From the NCBI GenBank assembly GCA_028534125.1, contig CM052832.1, positions 10,230,001-10,294,000 on the forward strand: 64,000 nucleotides of DNA, in the 5' to 3' direction. Both the position numbers and the translations under genes were made by a program. This DNA is from Lama glama. Its lineage: Eukaryota. This document shows positions 53,501 to 64,000 of the stretch, piece after piece (position 1 is the stretch's first letter; every line of letters starts with the position of its first letter). The notes beneath the pieces were generated by a model. It did not search any database and had not been told where the DNA came from. It was given only the letters and a program-made list of their open reading frames with translations.

Positions 53501-55007
53501 NNNNNNNNNNNNNNNNNNNNNNNNNNNNNNNNNNNNNNNNNNNNGAAATGTATAGTTCAAGACATGAGATCACCTTACCTCTTGTGGGAGAGGGAGGATC
53601 TTCTTTCAATAGCCCCACCCTACACAGGACTTTCAAACTATACAAACTCCCTATAGAGAAGCTGTTTTGTTGAAAGTGGCAGGATTAAAGATATTAGCCC
53701 TCTGACCCACAGAATGGAATTCAAAACACTTCTATGACTCAAAAACATCAAAATAGCTGCCATGATCATTAAAACAAAAAATTTAACACAGTCCTTCCCT
53801 CCAAAAAATAGGTATTTGATCCTTCTGCTTGCAGTTATTTTAATGCTCTTTTTATTTCCTCAAATGAGTTCACACGAACAAAAAAGTTAATCAGGTTTTT
53901 GCAGCTGAGAAGCTACAATGAAGAATTTCTGGAACTTAAATGCAATCACCAGAAAGGAAGAAGGAAGCAATCACTATGAGCCAAAATCACCTTCATGAGG
54001 TTACTGTTCTTAAGGCCCCAAACTAGGATTACTCCTACTCAATTGGACTAACTACCTTAGAAGAAATGTTTTCACAGATTGAACCTTATTTTTATATCCC
54101 CTAATAGCAAGCTCTGAGAGAACAGAATTCACCCACCAGGGCACTGATGTGAATGGAGGGTCCTTTGTGGACCCCCTTTTCTACCGTCCTTTGCCCTCCC
54201 TACTATTAGTTAATAGTTAATAGAAAAACTATTTTACTGTATTATCTAAGTTCCATTTTGGAAATAAAACATTCTCAATCTTGGCCTAAAGTCAAATCAA
54301 TGCATAATAAACTTCTTCGAGGGAACAAAAACAAGTGAAATTTTACTAAAATAAAGCCAGGTACAAAGCATCAGAAAATGTAATCTGTGTATAAATTCAA
54401 GAAAGCAATCTATCTTAATTAGGAATAAAACAGCAGCGGGGAATTCCTTTCTAATATGTGCTTATCTGTAAGTGCAGCTATCTAAATATTATCTTCATGT
54501 TAAACTAGAGCTTTTCAGAACAAGCACTGTGACAAATCAAATCAGAGAACAGTGTATTTCTTAGAAGCTACCATGGTTTGTCTACTGTGGCCAAAGACCA
54601 TAAGCTAGCTTAATCAGTAAGAGAAGCAACCAAATTGATTCCAGAAAAACTAAAAATTCCAAAGTTCCATGTGAAAACAGACTAGGTGTTTTGAATTTTA
54701 GTAAAGGGGGCAATCTGCTATTAAACCAGGCTCCAAACTGTAAGTGGTCATAGAGTGGATACAGAGTTCCAAACAGGACAGAAATCACAACAAATTCAAT
54801 CTTCAAAAAGCACTTCAACACAAATCACCAGACCCATTACTTAGAAGGTCTGGAACCTCTCAAATTATTCCACAACTAAGCAGTGCTATTAGCTCTGTTG
54901 CTGTGATGTTTAAAGCTGTTTTACTTCCATACCTGCTGCTGAATCTGTCCAGCCTGCACAACAATCTGCTCTGTTGAACTGTTGCTGTTCGCTGTGTATT
55001 GTTCCAT
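38542..55007 (-). CDS. NFYA: Nuclear transcription factor Y subunit alpha (NF-YA); exons 3 and 7 hidden in N-gaps
   Basis: Visible coding exons: 55007-54933 (MEQYTANSNSSTEQIVVQAGQIQQQ), 50569-50423 (VQGQPLMVQV...), 45181-45050, 44840-44735, 42137-41964 (...EEPLYVNAKQYHRILKRRQARAKLE...), 41185-41084 (KYLHESRHRHAMARKRGEGGRF...), 38595-38542 (DPNQADEEAMTQIIRVS*). All have GT-AG borders and match the NF-YA sequence as I recall it. The exon 2 acceptor AG is at 55082-55081. Confidence 0.97.
39690..40560 (-). mobile_element. LINE-2 fragment in the last NFYA intron
   Basis: caacatttactgagtgct..., agcttatagtctaggg, gagttctgttttggatat. Confidence 0.6.
41400..41810. mobile_element. MaLR (MLT1-like) LTR remnant
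   Basis: tgtggccatgt...ttctggctaatgaga, gcagtcatcttgg, ttgtttctgtagttgcagctg. Confidence 0.45.
43263..43466. other. Assembly gap expected to contain NFYA exon 7
   Basis: N-run. A polypyrimidine tract (tgtttttgtttgtt on -) leads into it, and the exon 6/8 phases are otherwise incompatible. Confidence 0.8.
45350..47950. mobile_element. Cluster of LINE-1 fragments (contains N-gap 46083-46227) in NFYA intron 4
   Basis: Antisense L1 ORF1/5' text (cattatttcttcaaatatt..., ttttcatttcagttactatacttttcagctctaaaattt) plus L1ME 3' pieces. Confidence 0.6.
47210..47365. mobile_element. MER2/Tigger-type DNA transposon remnant
   Basis: ggtatccatggagactggttccaggacc...gataccaaaatcc...atgctcaagtccctt resembles the MER2 terminus. 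Confidence 0.6.
53405..53543. other. Assembly gap expected to contain alternatively spliced NFYA exon 3
   Basis: N-run between exons 2 and 4. The minus strand reads ...tatacatttc into the gap (acceptor-like). The QQGGVTAVQ exon was not found elsewhere. Confidence 0.75.
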
Positions 55008-57129
55008 GGTCCCTTCAAGTCAGAGTCCTGTCCACAGGGAGTTTCACTCTGGAGATCCTCGAAGACTTCAAGATGCACTCCTATTGAAAGGTAGGAAAAT
55101 AAAAGTAAAATGAGATTGTTAATAAAGTCCTCACCAATGCTTAACCTTGATAACTTACTGCTGTGCTTTATTTGCAAGAAAAGAGAAGTGGGAAATGTTT
55201 ATATTCAGTATCATTTTTAACTAGGATTACATGGCACAATCCCAGTAACAATACCATAATGCTATTTAACACATTTAAAAAAGTGTTCTTAGTCATTTCT
55301 TAAGAGCAACCTTAAGCTTCAACACTACTGGAGAAACACCTGCACCTTAGAAATTCTCATTAAGCTACAATATCACTGTTGCAGAGCCTATTTAACACTG
55401 ATTTTCAGGTCTGCACATGTACTTTTGAAAATAAAGTTTCTGTAATTTGTACCACACATTTGTCATACATAAAACTTCAGGGTTTATTACTTAGTAAATA
55501 ATTACCCAGATCCGAAGTTAAACATTTTGCTTATTAAAATCTCCATTAAGTAGTATTAAGAAAGTCCCAGTGAAGGTTTAGGAGTTTGTGTTTTAATCCA
55601 GAGCAAAAAATAAAAAGGAATTATACTAATGGCAAAAATTCTATTTATAGACATATGGAAAAACAATTTACATGCCATATTACAGCTATGATTTTCTCTA
55701 GAAAGAATTTTTAAGTTTTTCCCAGCCTTGAATCTGAATACCTAATAATACCCTACCCTTTCTTGTATAATTTTAACTTTTATTATGGAAAATTTCAAAT
55801 ATATACCAAAACAGTGAGGACAATATAATGAACACCCACAGCCAACACCCAGCTTCAAGAATTTTCAACAGATGGTCAGTCTCACTTGACATAAATCTCA
55901 TCCACTTTTACCCACCCCAGGATTTCTCTGAAGCAAATGCCAGGCAATTTATTATCCCCAAACCCCATAAATACTACAGCATCTACCTCTAAAGAGAAAA
56001 GATTCTTTTGCCTTTATCACTTTATCACAGTGATCTTGTGTCTCTATAATTCTTTCAAACTTAAAAAATTGACAAGTTCTTAATATCATTAAATATACAG
56101 TCAACACCCAAATTTACTCTTCTTATACACTTTAACAGCTGAAAACTCCTTTTTGTAATAAGGGCACAATCTGATAAAATTGAAGTGATATTTGAGAACT
56201 TTGAATAAAGACTTGAATTCAAAAACTTAAAATTTTATGTAATTCTCTTTGGAAACACGGGGGAAGTACAGGTATAAACAAAATGTAGATAAATCTTTCC
56301 TCCAATTTTTCTCTAGGTCTTCATAAATTCTAAAAATTAAACAATAAAATTATGTGAGCTACATGAGCCGCACATCACAGCAGCAAAGCAATGCACTGCT
56401 CTACACAAATCCACAAATGAGATGAATAACTTGTAAAGTGTCTCAATGTGGTGTGAAGAAGTCAAAATATATTCAAGTGCATGTCCAAATATTTAGGAAG
56501 AAGTGTTATCGACAGATGAATGGATGGAGAGATATCTGAAAAGGCAAGTACAGTAAGTACAACATTAATGGGAGACTCTAAATGAAGGGTATATGGGTGT
56601 TTATTGTAAAACCCTTTCAACTTTACTGTATGTTTGCAAATTTTTATACTAAAATGTTGGGAGGAAAATCTAATAAAAATTGAGCCTATTACTCATAGCC
56701 AAATTGGTATGCGATGTAAAAGTATAAGAGCCATAAACAAGTGACAGGATGACTACGCCATCACAGCATGATGGCCTGTGGCCATATGGCTCTCCAACTC
56801 ACTACTCTTGCTCTAACAAAATGCTCACCAAGCAAACATTTTGCTATAACTTGGATTTACACATAGATTAGCCAACAGGGAGCAGATATGATCATCAACA
56901 CAAGTAAACCTGATAGTTATTTCTCACTGCATACTGACAAACTGGCTTTCTGGTTTTTATACCAGTCTCTTCTAAATTGGCTGACTGAGTTCGCTCCTGA
57001 GAGATTGTGGGAACAGTACAGAAAAACAGATTTTCAGCCAGACTAAGTGGCTCTGCCAGGGAAGTGAACGGTCTTCCCTAAGCTTTATCTTTTCTCTAGC
57101 TGCAACACACACATTTATGTTTCTAAACT

Positions 57130-57445
57130 AAAAAAATTTAAAATTAAGGTCATAGTACAAAAAAGAGTGGTATGATTCCATTTATATGAAACCCTGAGAA
57201 GGCAATAGTAATCTAGAGACAGAAAGCAGATCAGTGGTTCCTTGGAAATGGAAAAGGGGGGAGAGGGCAAAATGAGAAGCTGACAGGGTCAGAGCATCAG
57301 GAACTTTCTAGGGTGATAAAATGTTTTATATTTTCATTGTGGTGGTGGTTGCATGGGTGTATAAATTTGTCAAAATTCAACACGTACACTTCAAATGATT
57401 ATCCTTTGTGTCTAAACTATATCTCAACAGAGTTGATGTTAAAAA
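57130..57445 (+). mobile_element. LINE-1 3' end fragment (L1MB/MC-like)
   Basis: tatgattccatttatatgaa...gacagaaagcagatcagtggtt...ttgtggtggtggttgcatgggtgtataaatttgtcaaaa. Confidence 0.65.
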
Positions 57446-60119
57446 ATGAGAATCAGGAAGGAATATCCTCTGTATTTTGACACTCCACCCCCTCCCAAAT
57501 CCCCTTCCTGTATGAAATCTTTTCATTTACAGCTGATTTCCAGAAATTTAATCTTACTGGAAGTGCAGGGAAACAACTAATAAAATGTCACGCAGATTTT
57601 AACCAGCTTACCCTGGTAATACAAATGCTACAATTTAAAAACAGTTAAATCCACTATACTTTGAAGGGTAAAAACAGAAGCAGCTTCAAGTCTAACAGCA
57701 ATTCTCTGCCATATTAACGAGGGAATGATCCTGCTTGGAGCATGATACTGAGACTGCTAACAGGGAAGGCTGCAATTGAGTGTTCTCAGCGGAACGGCAA
57801 TATAATTTGACACCGTCTTTCCTCAAGTGTTTCTCTGCCCAAGATTCTGACAAAATTAAGTCAGCCAGATTTAGTCTGTCTATGGCTCTTGCTCCTAATC
57901 CAAAGTTTTGAATGTTTTTTTCCTCAAAGAGAGAAAATGTGTTTACTCTGGTTAGCACGAACTTTTCTTCCTCCCCACTTCAAGGTGCTAAACCTAATAT
58001 GCAGCTAACTACTCAGGAACCCATTCTACATGGACCCAAACTTTTAAAGCTAAAACTTCTAGAAACTCAACCATAAGCACACGAAAAGCCCTTCAGGAGT
58101 ACTGTATTTGACAATCACTACCAGGTGAAGACTGTAGCATTAACAGTAGCTTTCAAACTTTTTTGACAATTCACAGTGAGAAACACATTTCATATCACAA
58201 ATGCTCATGCAACACACTAAAAAAGTAACAAACAGAAGTTTCATAAATACTTATCTTTGTAAGTATAACTTATCTTTGTAAGTTTAAGATGCACTGTGAT
58301 ATTTTCTATTCTACTTGTAAAAAATTATCAGCACTGACCCACTAAACTGATTTCACAACAAACAGGTCCTGATCTGTGTTTGAAAAAAAAAATTAGAGAA
58401 CAAAGGGCTGTCCAGCTGCCCCATGGTCCAAAAGGTTTCTGGATGAGGGTTCTTAATTTGCTCCTTAATCTCCACTAATGATGTACCACTTGTCACGCGT
58501 TGTTCTGAAGGTTTCAGAAACAAAAGGAAAAAAACTCTGATGAAGATCCCAACTTCAGTCTTTAAGTTTAGCAAAGGAGTAAAAATCTACACTGAAACCC
58601 TACGAGAGAAACAAATATGGGAGTTTGGAGAATAGAGATTTCTTCCAACTGGGGATAGACAAGGCTTTAGAAAAATGTGGCATCGAACTTGGTCTTAAGC
58701 ATGAGAAGGATTTATATATGTGATGATGTGGGAAGGAATGGAATACTCCAAACGAAGGAAGATCACAAAAACAAGGACATGAAAATTTCCTCTTATGAAA
58801 GCTGACTAAAAGGCCACACACATGTCAAGAGAAAGCTAAAGGCCCAGACTATTGTCTCTCAAAATTCCAGGCAAAGAGGTTCTGCAGACAGGTGGAAGCT
58901 CTAGAGGGGTTTGGCAAAAAAAGTGACCACGCTATTGCTGTCTTTTAGAAAGAAGTCTAGCAAAAATGTTTACTGGTTTTAAAGTTACTAGATATACCCA
59001 TTTTTAAGTACCAAGGTATTTATCTAGTCTAAAGGCAAATGTAAATGTTTTTTAAAAAATCGAGGCCACGGTGCCCCGTCTATTGATGTAGGTATTTTAA
59101 GAATTATAAGAATTAAAAAAATGATTTAAACAATGAAAAAGTTCACCCCTCAAAGTGAAAACAAAAACTGTCCCCAAAATTTTACTAATGCAAAGAGCTC
59201 TGGACTAGTTTTCTGAAGCCTACCAGTTGTATAACCTTAGTAAATGCGATTATAAAAACAGGCACCACATACTAAAGACCTACTCTATATAGCAGGGACT
59301 GCTGCACTAGGCGTTTCACATGAGTAAAAATAGCTTTTAAAGTCCCAGGAGAAAAATCTCCCTTTCTTCTGCCAGAGTCAGCTGTTATTGTGGAGCAGAA
59401 CCTCGTAAGTCAGAAACTTGTTTTTCCAATTTTAGGGGGAAAAAAAGTACTTCTAGATTTCTATCTGAATCTCCACAAAATTACTGCTTCCAAAAAAATT
59501 CCTTAGCAAGATAGACAAGTGTTTCTATCAACCGGGCTTTCCAGCCTAAACTCTCACCACTGCCCACTGCCCTATGCTCTCTTACTCTTCAAACGCAAGG
59601 CAGTTTGGTGCTTCTGCACATGAGAGCAACGCTCTTTTCTTGTCCCAAGAAATCCCATCATCCTTCAAAGCCAATCAAAAGTGTGGCAATGTTGAGCTTT
59701 CCACCTAGGCTGTTGGTAGCTTATACATCAGCTAGTTAACCTAATCGGGAGGTACCAATTACTTGTTCACCTGTCAATTTCCACCAGGCTAGGTAGGTTC
59801 TTATCGACCTCTCTATCCACTCTCTTCCCAGCACCTAGATGGATGCCTGATGCATACTAACTGTTCGATACTTGGTTGTCAATGAAGATTTCCTCTCACT
59901 CTAACAAAAACCTAGTAAGACTGTTAAGTATTTGTAAGTATCTACTGAGAAAACGTCAACATACTAAAAAACAAACAAACGAAAAAAGGTTGTGGACTGA
60001 GCTAATTAGTGGTGTCCGACACATTCAAAGTGACACAGAAAGGTGAAAAAAAGCACTGTACATTCCCAGGGGAGCAAGAGTTCAAAGATGAGCAACAGAT
60101 AAGACTAATGTTACAGAAA

Positions 60120-62250
60120 CAAGTTGTGCCGCCTCGGGGAAAAGGAACGCACAGGGCTCTCAATCTTCTAACAGTGAAAGTTCCAGACACCGAATGGACA
60201 GGCCTTACAGCTCGGGGAAGAAAGGGAGACCGCTTGGTTGGGCTCCAAGACGGAGGTGTGCGGCTCTGCCCCGAGATCGGGGTGGGGAGGAGAGGAAATG
60301 ACGAGCCAAAAGGGGGTGGTAACGGCGCCGGGCCGGAGACCCGGGCCGAACGTGCTGGGAGGAGGGGCACAGCGCGGCCCGAGGAGTAGGCGCACTAACG
60401 GACCCCCTCCCCCGATCCGGGGGCCTGCAAGGGCGGGCCCGCAGAGCACCGAGGCGGGGGCAGCCGGGGCCCCTCTCCGCGCCGAAGCGGGGCCCTACGG
60501 CCGCGGCGCGCATCTTCCCCAGGCCTCCCTTTTAACACAGGGGCTTGCAGACCCGCTCATGGAGGGGTGGGGTACGCGCGCCCTGCAGGGGGAGACTTCC
60601 TGTCCCGAGGGCCAGAGCGTGTTGAGTTCAAGGGCGGGCTTAAACGTGAGGCCGGAACGACCAGGAGGAAACCGCCGAGGCCCTGGGACCGCTTGTGTGT
60701 ATACCTGAGCATAGGGGCCTTCAAGCGAGGCAAGCCCACCACCCCCAGGCCTGGGGCCTGAGAACCTGAGCCTAAGGGTCAGGGGGACGGGGACACATCC
60801 CCAACTGGCTCCAGCACTCTGCAAGGGTCTGGACCCCGAAATGCCTGCTCCCAAGAACGCCATCACCGCGCGGGGCGGCCCCCTGCAGGCCTCGGTCGGG
60901 AGTGCCCCCGGGCGCTCGCAGGCTCCGGGCCGGGGACGCTGGNNNNNNNNNNNNNNNNNNNNNNNNNNNNNNNNNNNNNNNNNNNNNNNNNNNNNNNNNN
61001 NNNNNNNNNNNNNNNNNNNNNNNNNNNNNNNNNNNNNNNNNNNNNNNNNNNNNNNNNNNNNNNNNNNNNNNNNNNNNNNNNNNNNNNNNNNNNNNNNNNN
61101 NNNNNNNNNNNNNNNNNNNNNNNNNNNNNNNNNNNNNNNNNNNNNNNNNNNNNNNNNNNNNNNNNNNNNNNNNNNNNNNNNNNNNNNNNNNNNNNNNNNN
61201 NNNNNNNNNNNNNNNNNNNNNNNNNNNNNNNNNNCTGCCTCCGCGCAGGCGCTTCCAAGACCACGCCCCCTAGCCCGAGCTCTGGGCTCGCCCCACCCTC
61301 AGTTGAAGGAGCACCGCGCAGGCGTCCCCCGAAGCCACGCCCACTTTTCTGATTAGATTCCACCCCTGGTGAAGGAATACGCAGGCGCCTTCTAGACGCG
61401 CCAGGCCCTTTAGCTCAAATACCGCCCTGAACATAGTACTACGCAGGCGCCAACTAACTCTTTTGCCCACTGCCCACCCCCGCCTCTATGCGGCCCCTGG
61501 AGACACACCCCTGGGGCTAAGGCGCAAGCGCCGTTCTACCCGACTCGCTGTCGGCTGTCTCGTTACGCATGCCCGGGCGGCGGCGGGATACTCTACGGAA
61601 TTTACCGCCGGAAGTTCGGCGGCCATCACCAAAGAGTGCAGGCTTGCCTAGCTAGCTAGAGGGGCTCGTTTCCGCCCCGCTCCCGGCTGGGGGGCGGCCA
61701 TCTTAGGTGTGTGCAATTAAGACCCGTGGCGGGATTGGCTCTGCATCTGGGCTCGTCCGCTGCTTTCCACCTACCAGAGCCCTTCCTTGCGGGGAGGGAC
61801 CTCCTAACGGCCGACTCTTTTCCAGGTGAAGGGTAACCCCGGTATGTTGGGACTTTGAACGAGCCTCCCTGCTCCCTCCAACGGGACCCCGGGACAGGCC
61901 CTACGCCCCGGCTGATCCGCCCTAGGGTAGGAGACAGAATGGGAGGCCTCGCTAGACTTCTTCCCTTCCTCGCCCTCAAAAGATGGAGGTGAGCCTTCCT
62001 TGAAAGGCCGCCTTCCCTCTCCCCTGGCATTATACTCCCCCTGGCCCGTACACTCCCTAGTTGCGACTTAAGGGGACTGTGGCTAAGTCCCACCTTTTTG
62101 CTTGTGGGCCAAACCCAATGGGGAAACACGTATAGAGAAAAGGAGACAGTCCTCAATCCGCCTTTCTCGGCGCGGGTAAGAGGAGGAGGCGTGTCTGAGG
62201 ACCGCCTTTCTTCCGCTCTAGGAAAGCGCGAAATGCGAGCAGGACACTGC
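60120..62250. promoter_or_regulatory. CpG island / bidirectional NFYA-OARD1 promoter
   Basis: Very GC/CpG-rich, between divergent genes. ETS/GABPA CCGGAAGT at 61608-61615, YY1-like GCGGCCATCTT at 61694-61704, inverted CCAAT (ATTGG) at 61734-61738, GC/GT boxes, and 4x CGCAGGCG. Confidence 0.85.
60943..61234. other. Assembly gap in the CpG island, probably covering non-coding NFYA exon 1
   Basis: N-run flanked by very GC-rich sequence. Confidence 0.6.
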
Positions 62251-62482
62251 CACCTTGGAACATAGGGTTTTTTCCTCTTTCTTTTTCTTGCCTCAGAAGA
62301 GTTTTGCATTACTTCCCAGAGTTTGAATGAACTCACTTTCCGCAATGAACGGTGGGGAAAAAATTGGTAAATGGGTGGTCAGGGTAGTCCGAATGTAATA
62401 TATTCAGGTTGCGTGCATTTTTCCTTCTTTCCCCTTCTCATAGCTGAAGAAACAAGTTAAATTCTGGGAATAGCGACTCAGT

Positions 62483-63009
62483 ATGGCCAGCAGTCCTAAT
62501 GAAGATTCAGAAGGAAGCAGAGTGCGTAACAACTATTAACTTATTGGTGAACTGAAATTCAGAATAATTGAGGTCAAAAGCATAAACACTTTTTAATTAA
62601 ACCAATAATTGAATTGTCTCCCCTCTCCCTGCTGATTTACTTCAGAAAGGCTAATACAATCCTAACCAGAGAGCATCCATCACTTTCTTTACATATGCTT
62701 TAATTTACTTTAGATAACTTCTTAAATTAAATTCCAAGGATTTGTCTTTAAATCAAGGAGGGGCTGGGGAGGGGTAGTGGTGGAGGGCACAGTAAAGGAA
62801 AAGAAATAGCTTATGTGTTTTTCTGTATCTAATAAAACATTTTCTTTACCTTTGCACATTTTAGATTACTTACGTGAAAGGAGACCTTTTTGCATGCCCC
62901 AAAACAGACTCTTTAGCCCACTGTATCAGTGAGGACTGTCGAATGGGCGCTGGGATAGCTGTCCTCTTCAAGAAGAAATTTGGAGGGGTGCAGGAACTGT
63001 TAAATCAGC
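62483..63009 (+). CDS. OARD1: O-acyl-ADP-ribose deacylase 1 (TARG1/C6orf130), first two coding exons; continues beyond the window
   Basis: 62483-62521 encodes [13 protein letters not shown] (exon starts 62444, donor GTGCGT). 62865-63009 encodes [48 protein letters not shown] (donor GTGAGT), the macrodomain N-terminus. Head-to-head with NFYA as in human. Confidence 0.96.
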
Positions 63010-64000
63010 GTGAGTTTTGAAAACATTTTAATTCATGTGCTCTGGCTAGAGCATCTTTTGACCTCCTGTTGTATTTAATTGTTAAATAAGATACGCATGT
63101 ATAGAGAAGATTCCTCCCACCAAGTCCTTTTAACTATGCAGGTTGAGTTTTTCCTTTACAAAAATGGCCTCTAGTTTGCATCTTATCACACCAAACTTGA
63201 ATTCTTGTAAAAGTTTTAAATTTCTTTTTCCTCTATCAGAAATCTTTCTTGATAATAAGACTCCACTTCTCTGAAACCTTTAATAACTCTGAAGTGCTTA
63301 GCAAAGTCCATAGGTATGAGCTTGGCATTCAAGATCCTCTTTTTACCCATATTGTACTTATTCTTCAAAGTAGTTTAGAACCTCTTCTTCCTTACAGACC
63401 CCTCCCATGACTTTTACCAATGATTTTAAATTATAGATGTGTAGTAGAAGCACATGAGGAGCTTCTGAAACAGTTGCTCAGACTACAGTTCAGGCTTACT
63501 GAATCAGTCTCCACTGGTGATTCTGATCTCAGTCTTTAAAAAAGCAATTTCTTTCTGCTTTGTATTGTATTTATTTGTGAACATGACACTCCGTTTTGCT
63601 TGAAAACTCTTTAACAATTAAGAACTTTTTTACATGTCTATATTCCCCCTAATGCTTAACACATTAGCTCTTTGTATGTAAAAGATTATTATTGAATGAA
63701 CACACGTTTGGCAAGTAAAAAATGCTGTACTTTCTAAAACATTTCAAGGCAATAAACATTAAAAATTTTTAAGTGAACAAGAGGGTATATTTGAAAATGC
63801 AGCAAACCAAAAATGGGATGTGGGGAAAACATTGAGAAGACATTAAGAAAGCAGGAAGTTAAATATAGTATTTTGGGAAGACTGATCAGATAAAAGTGTT
63901 CCAAAATGAAAATTCTGGTTCTAAAGTAAACTCAGATCTATAGAGATTTTTTAAAAATCTAAGAATGGAGCTCAGTGTTTTGATTTTCTTTTTTTTTCCT

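Noticed and set aside
38542-55007. NFYA exon loss or frameshift
   Set aside because: The missing exons coincide with N-gaps that have acceptor-like flanks
61656-62345. 229-aa minus-strand ORF and other ORFs in the CpG island (60002-61651)
   Set aside because: Stop-poor GC-rich promoter sequence, no recognisable domain; some ORFs run through Ns

Overview
Mammalian genomic DNA, possibly camelid, syntenic with the human OARD1-NFYA-ADCY10P1 region on 6p21.1. From right to left it holds the first two coding exons of OARD1 (+), a CpG-island bidirectional promoter, and NFYA (-). NFYA exon 1 and coding exons 3 and 7 fall inside N-gaps. About 1 kb past the NFYA poly(A) signals, a second CpG-island promoter precedes a soluble adenylyl cyclase (ADCY10/sAC) paralog on the minus strand (34935->1054). 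I spliced this gene by hand: 31 coding exons join in frame with no stop or frameshift (4878 nt, 1625 aa), although the locus at this position in human is the pseudogene ADCY10P1. The cyclase looks catalytically dead. Both metal-binding Asp (sAC D47->H, D99->N), the transition-state Asn (N412->S) and both bicarbonate ligands (K95->N, R176->Q) are replaced. The STAND NTPase motifs (Walker A GGKGYGKS, Walker B LIFLIDE, GxP) and the helical C-terminal region are kept. The best candidate for an undescribed system is therefore a pseudo-cyclase/STAND-ATPase signalling protein. The rest is intronic L1/L2/MIR/DNA-transposon/LTR debris. All homology comparisons are from recalled sequences, not from a run alignment.
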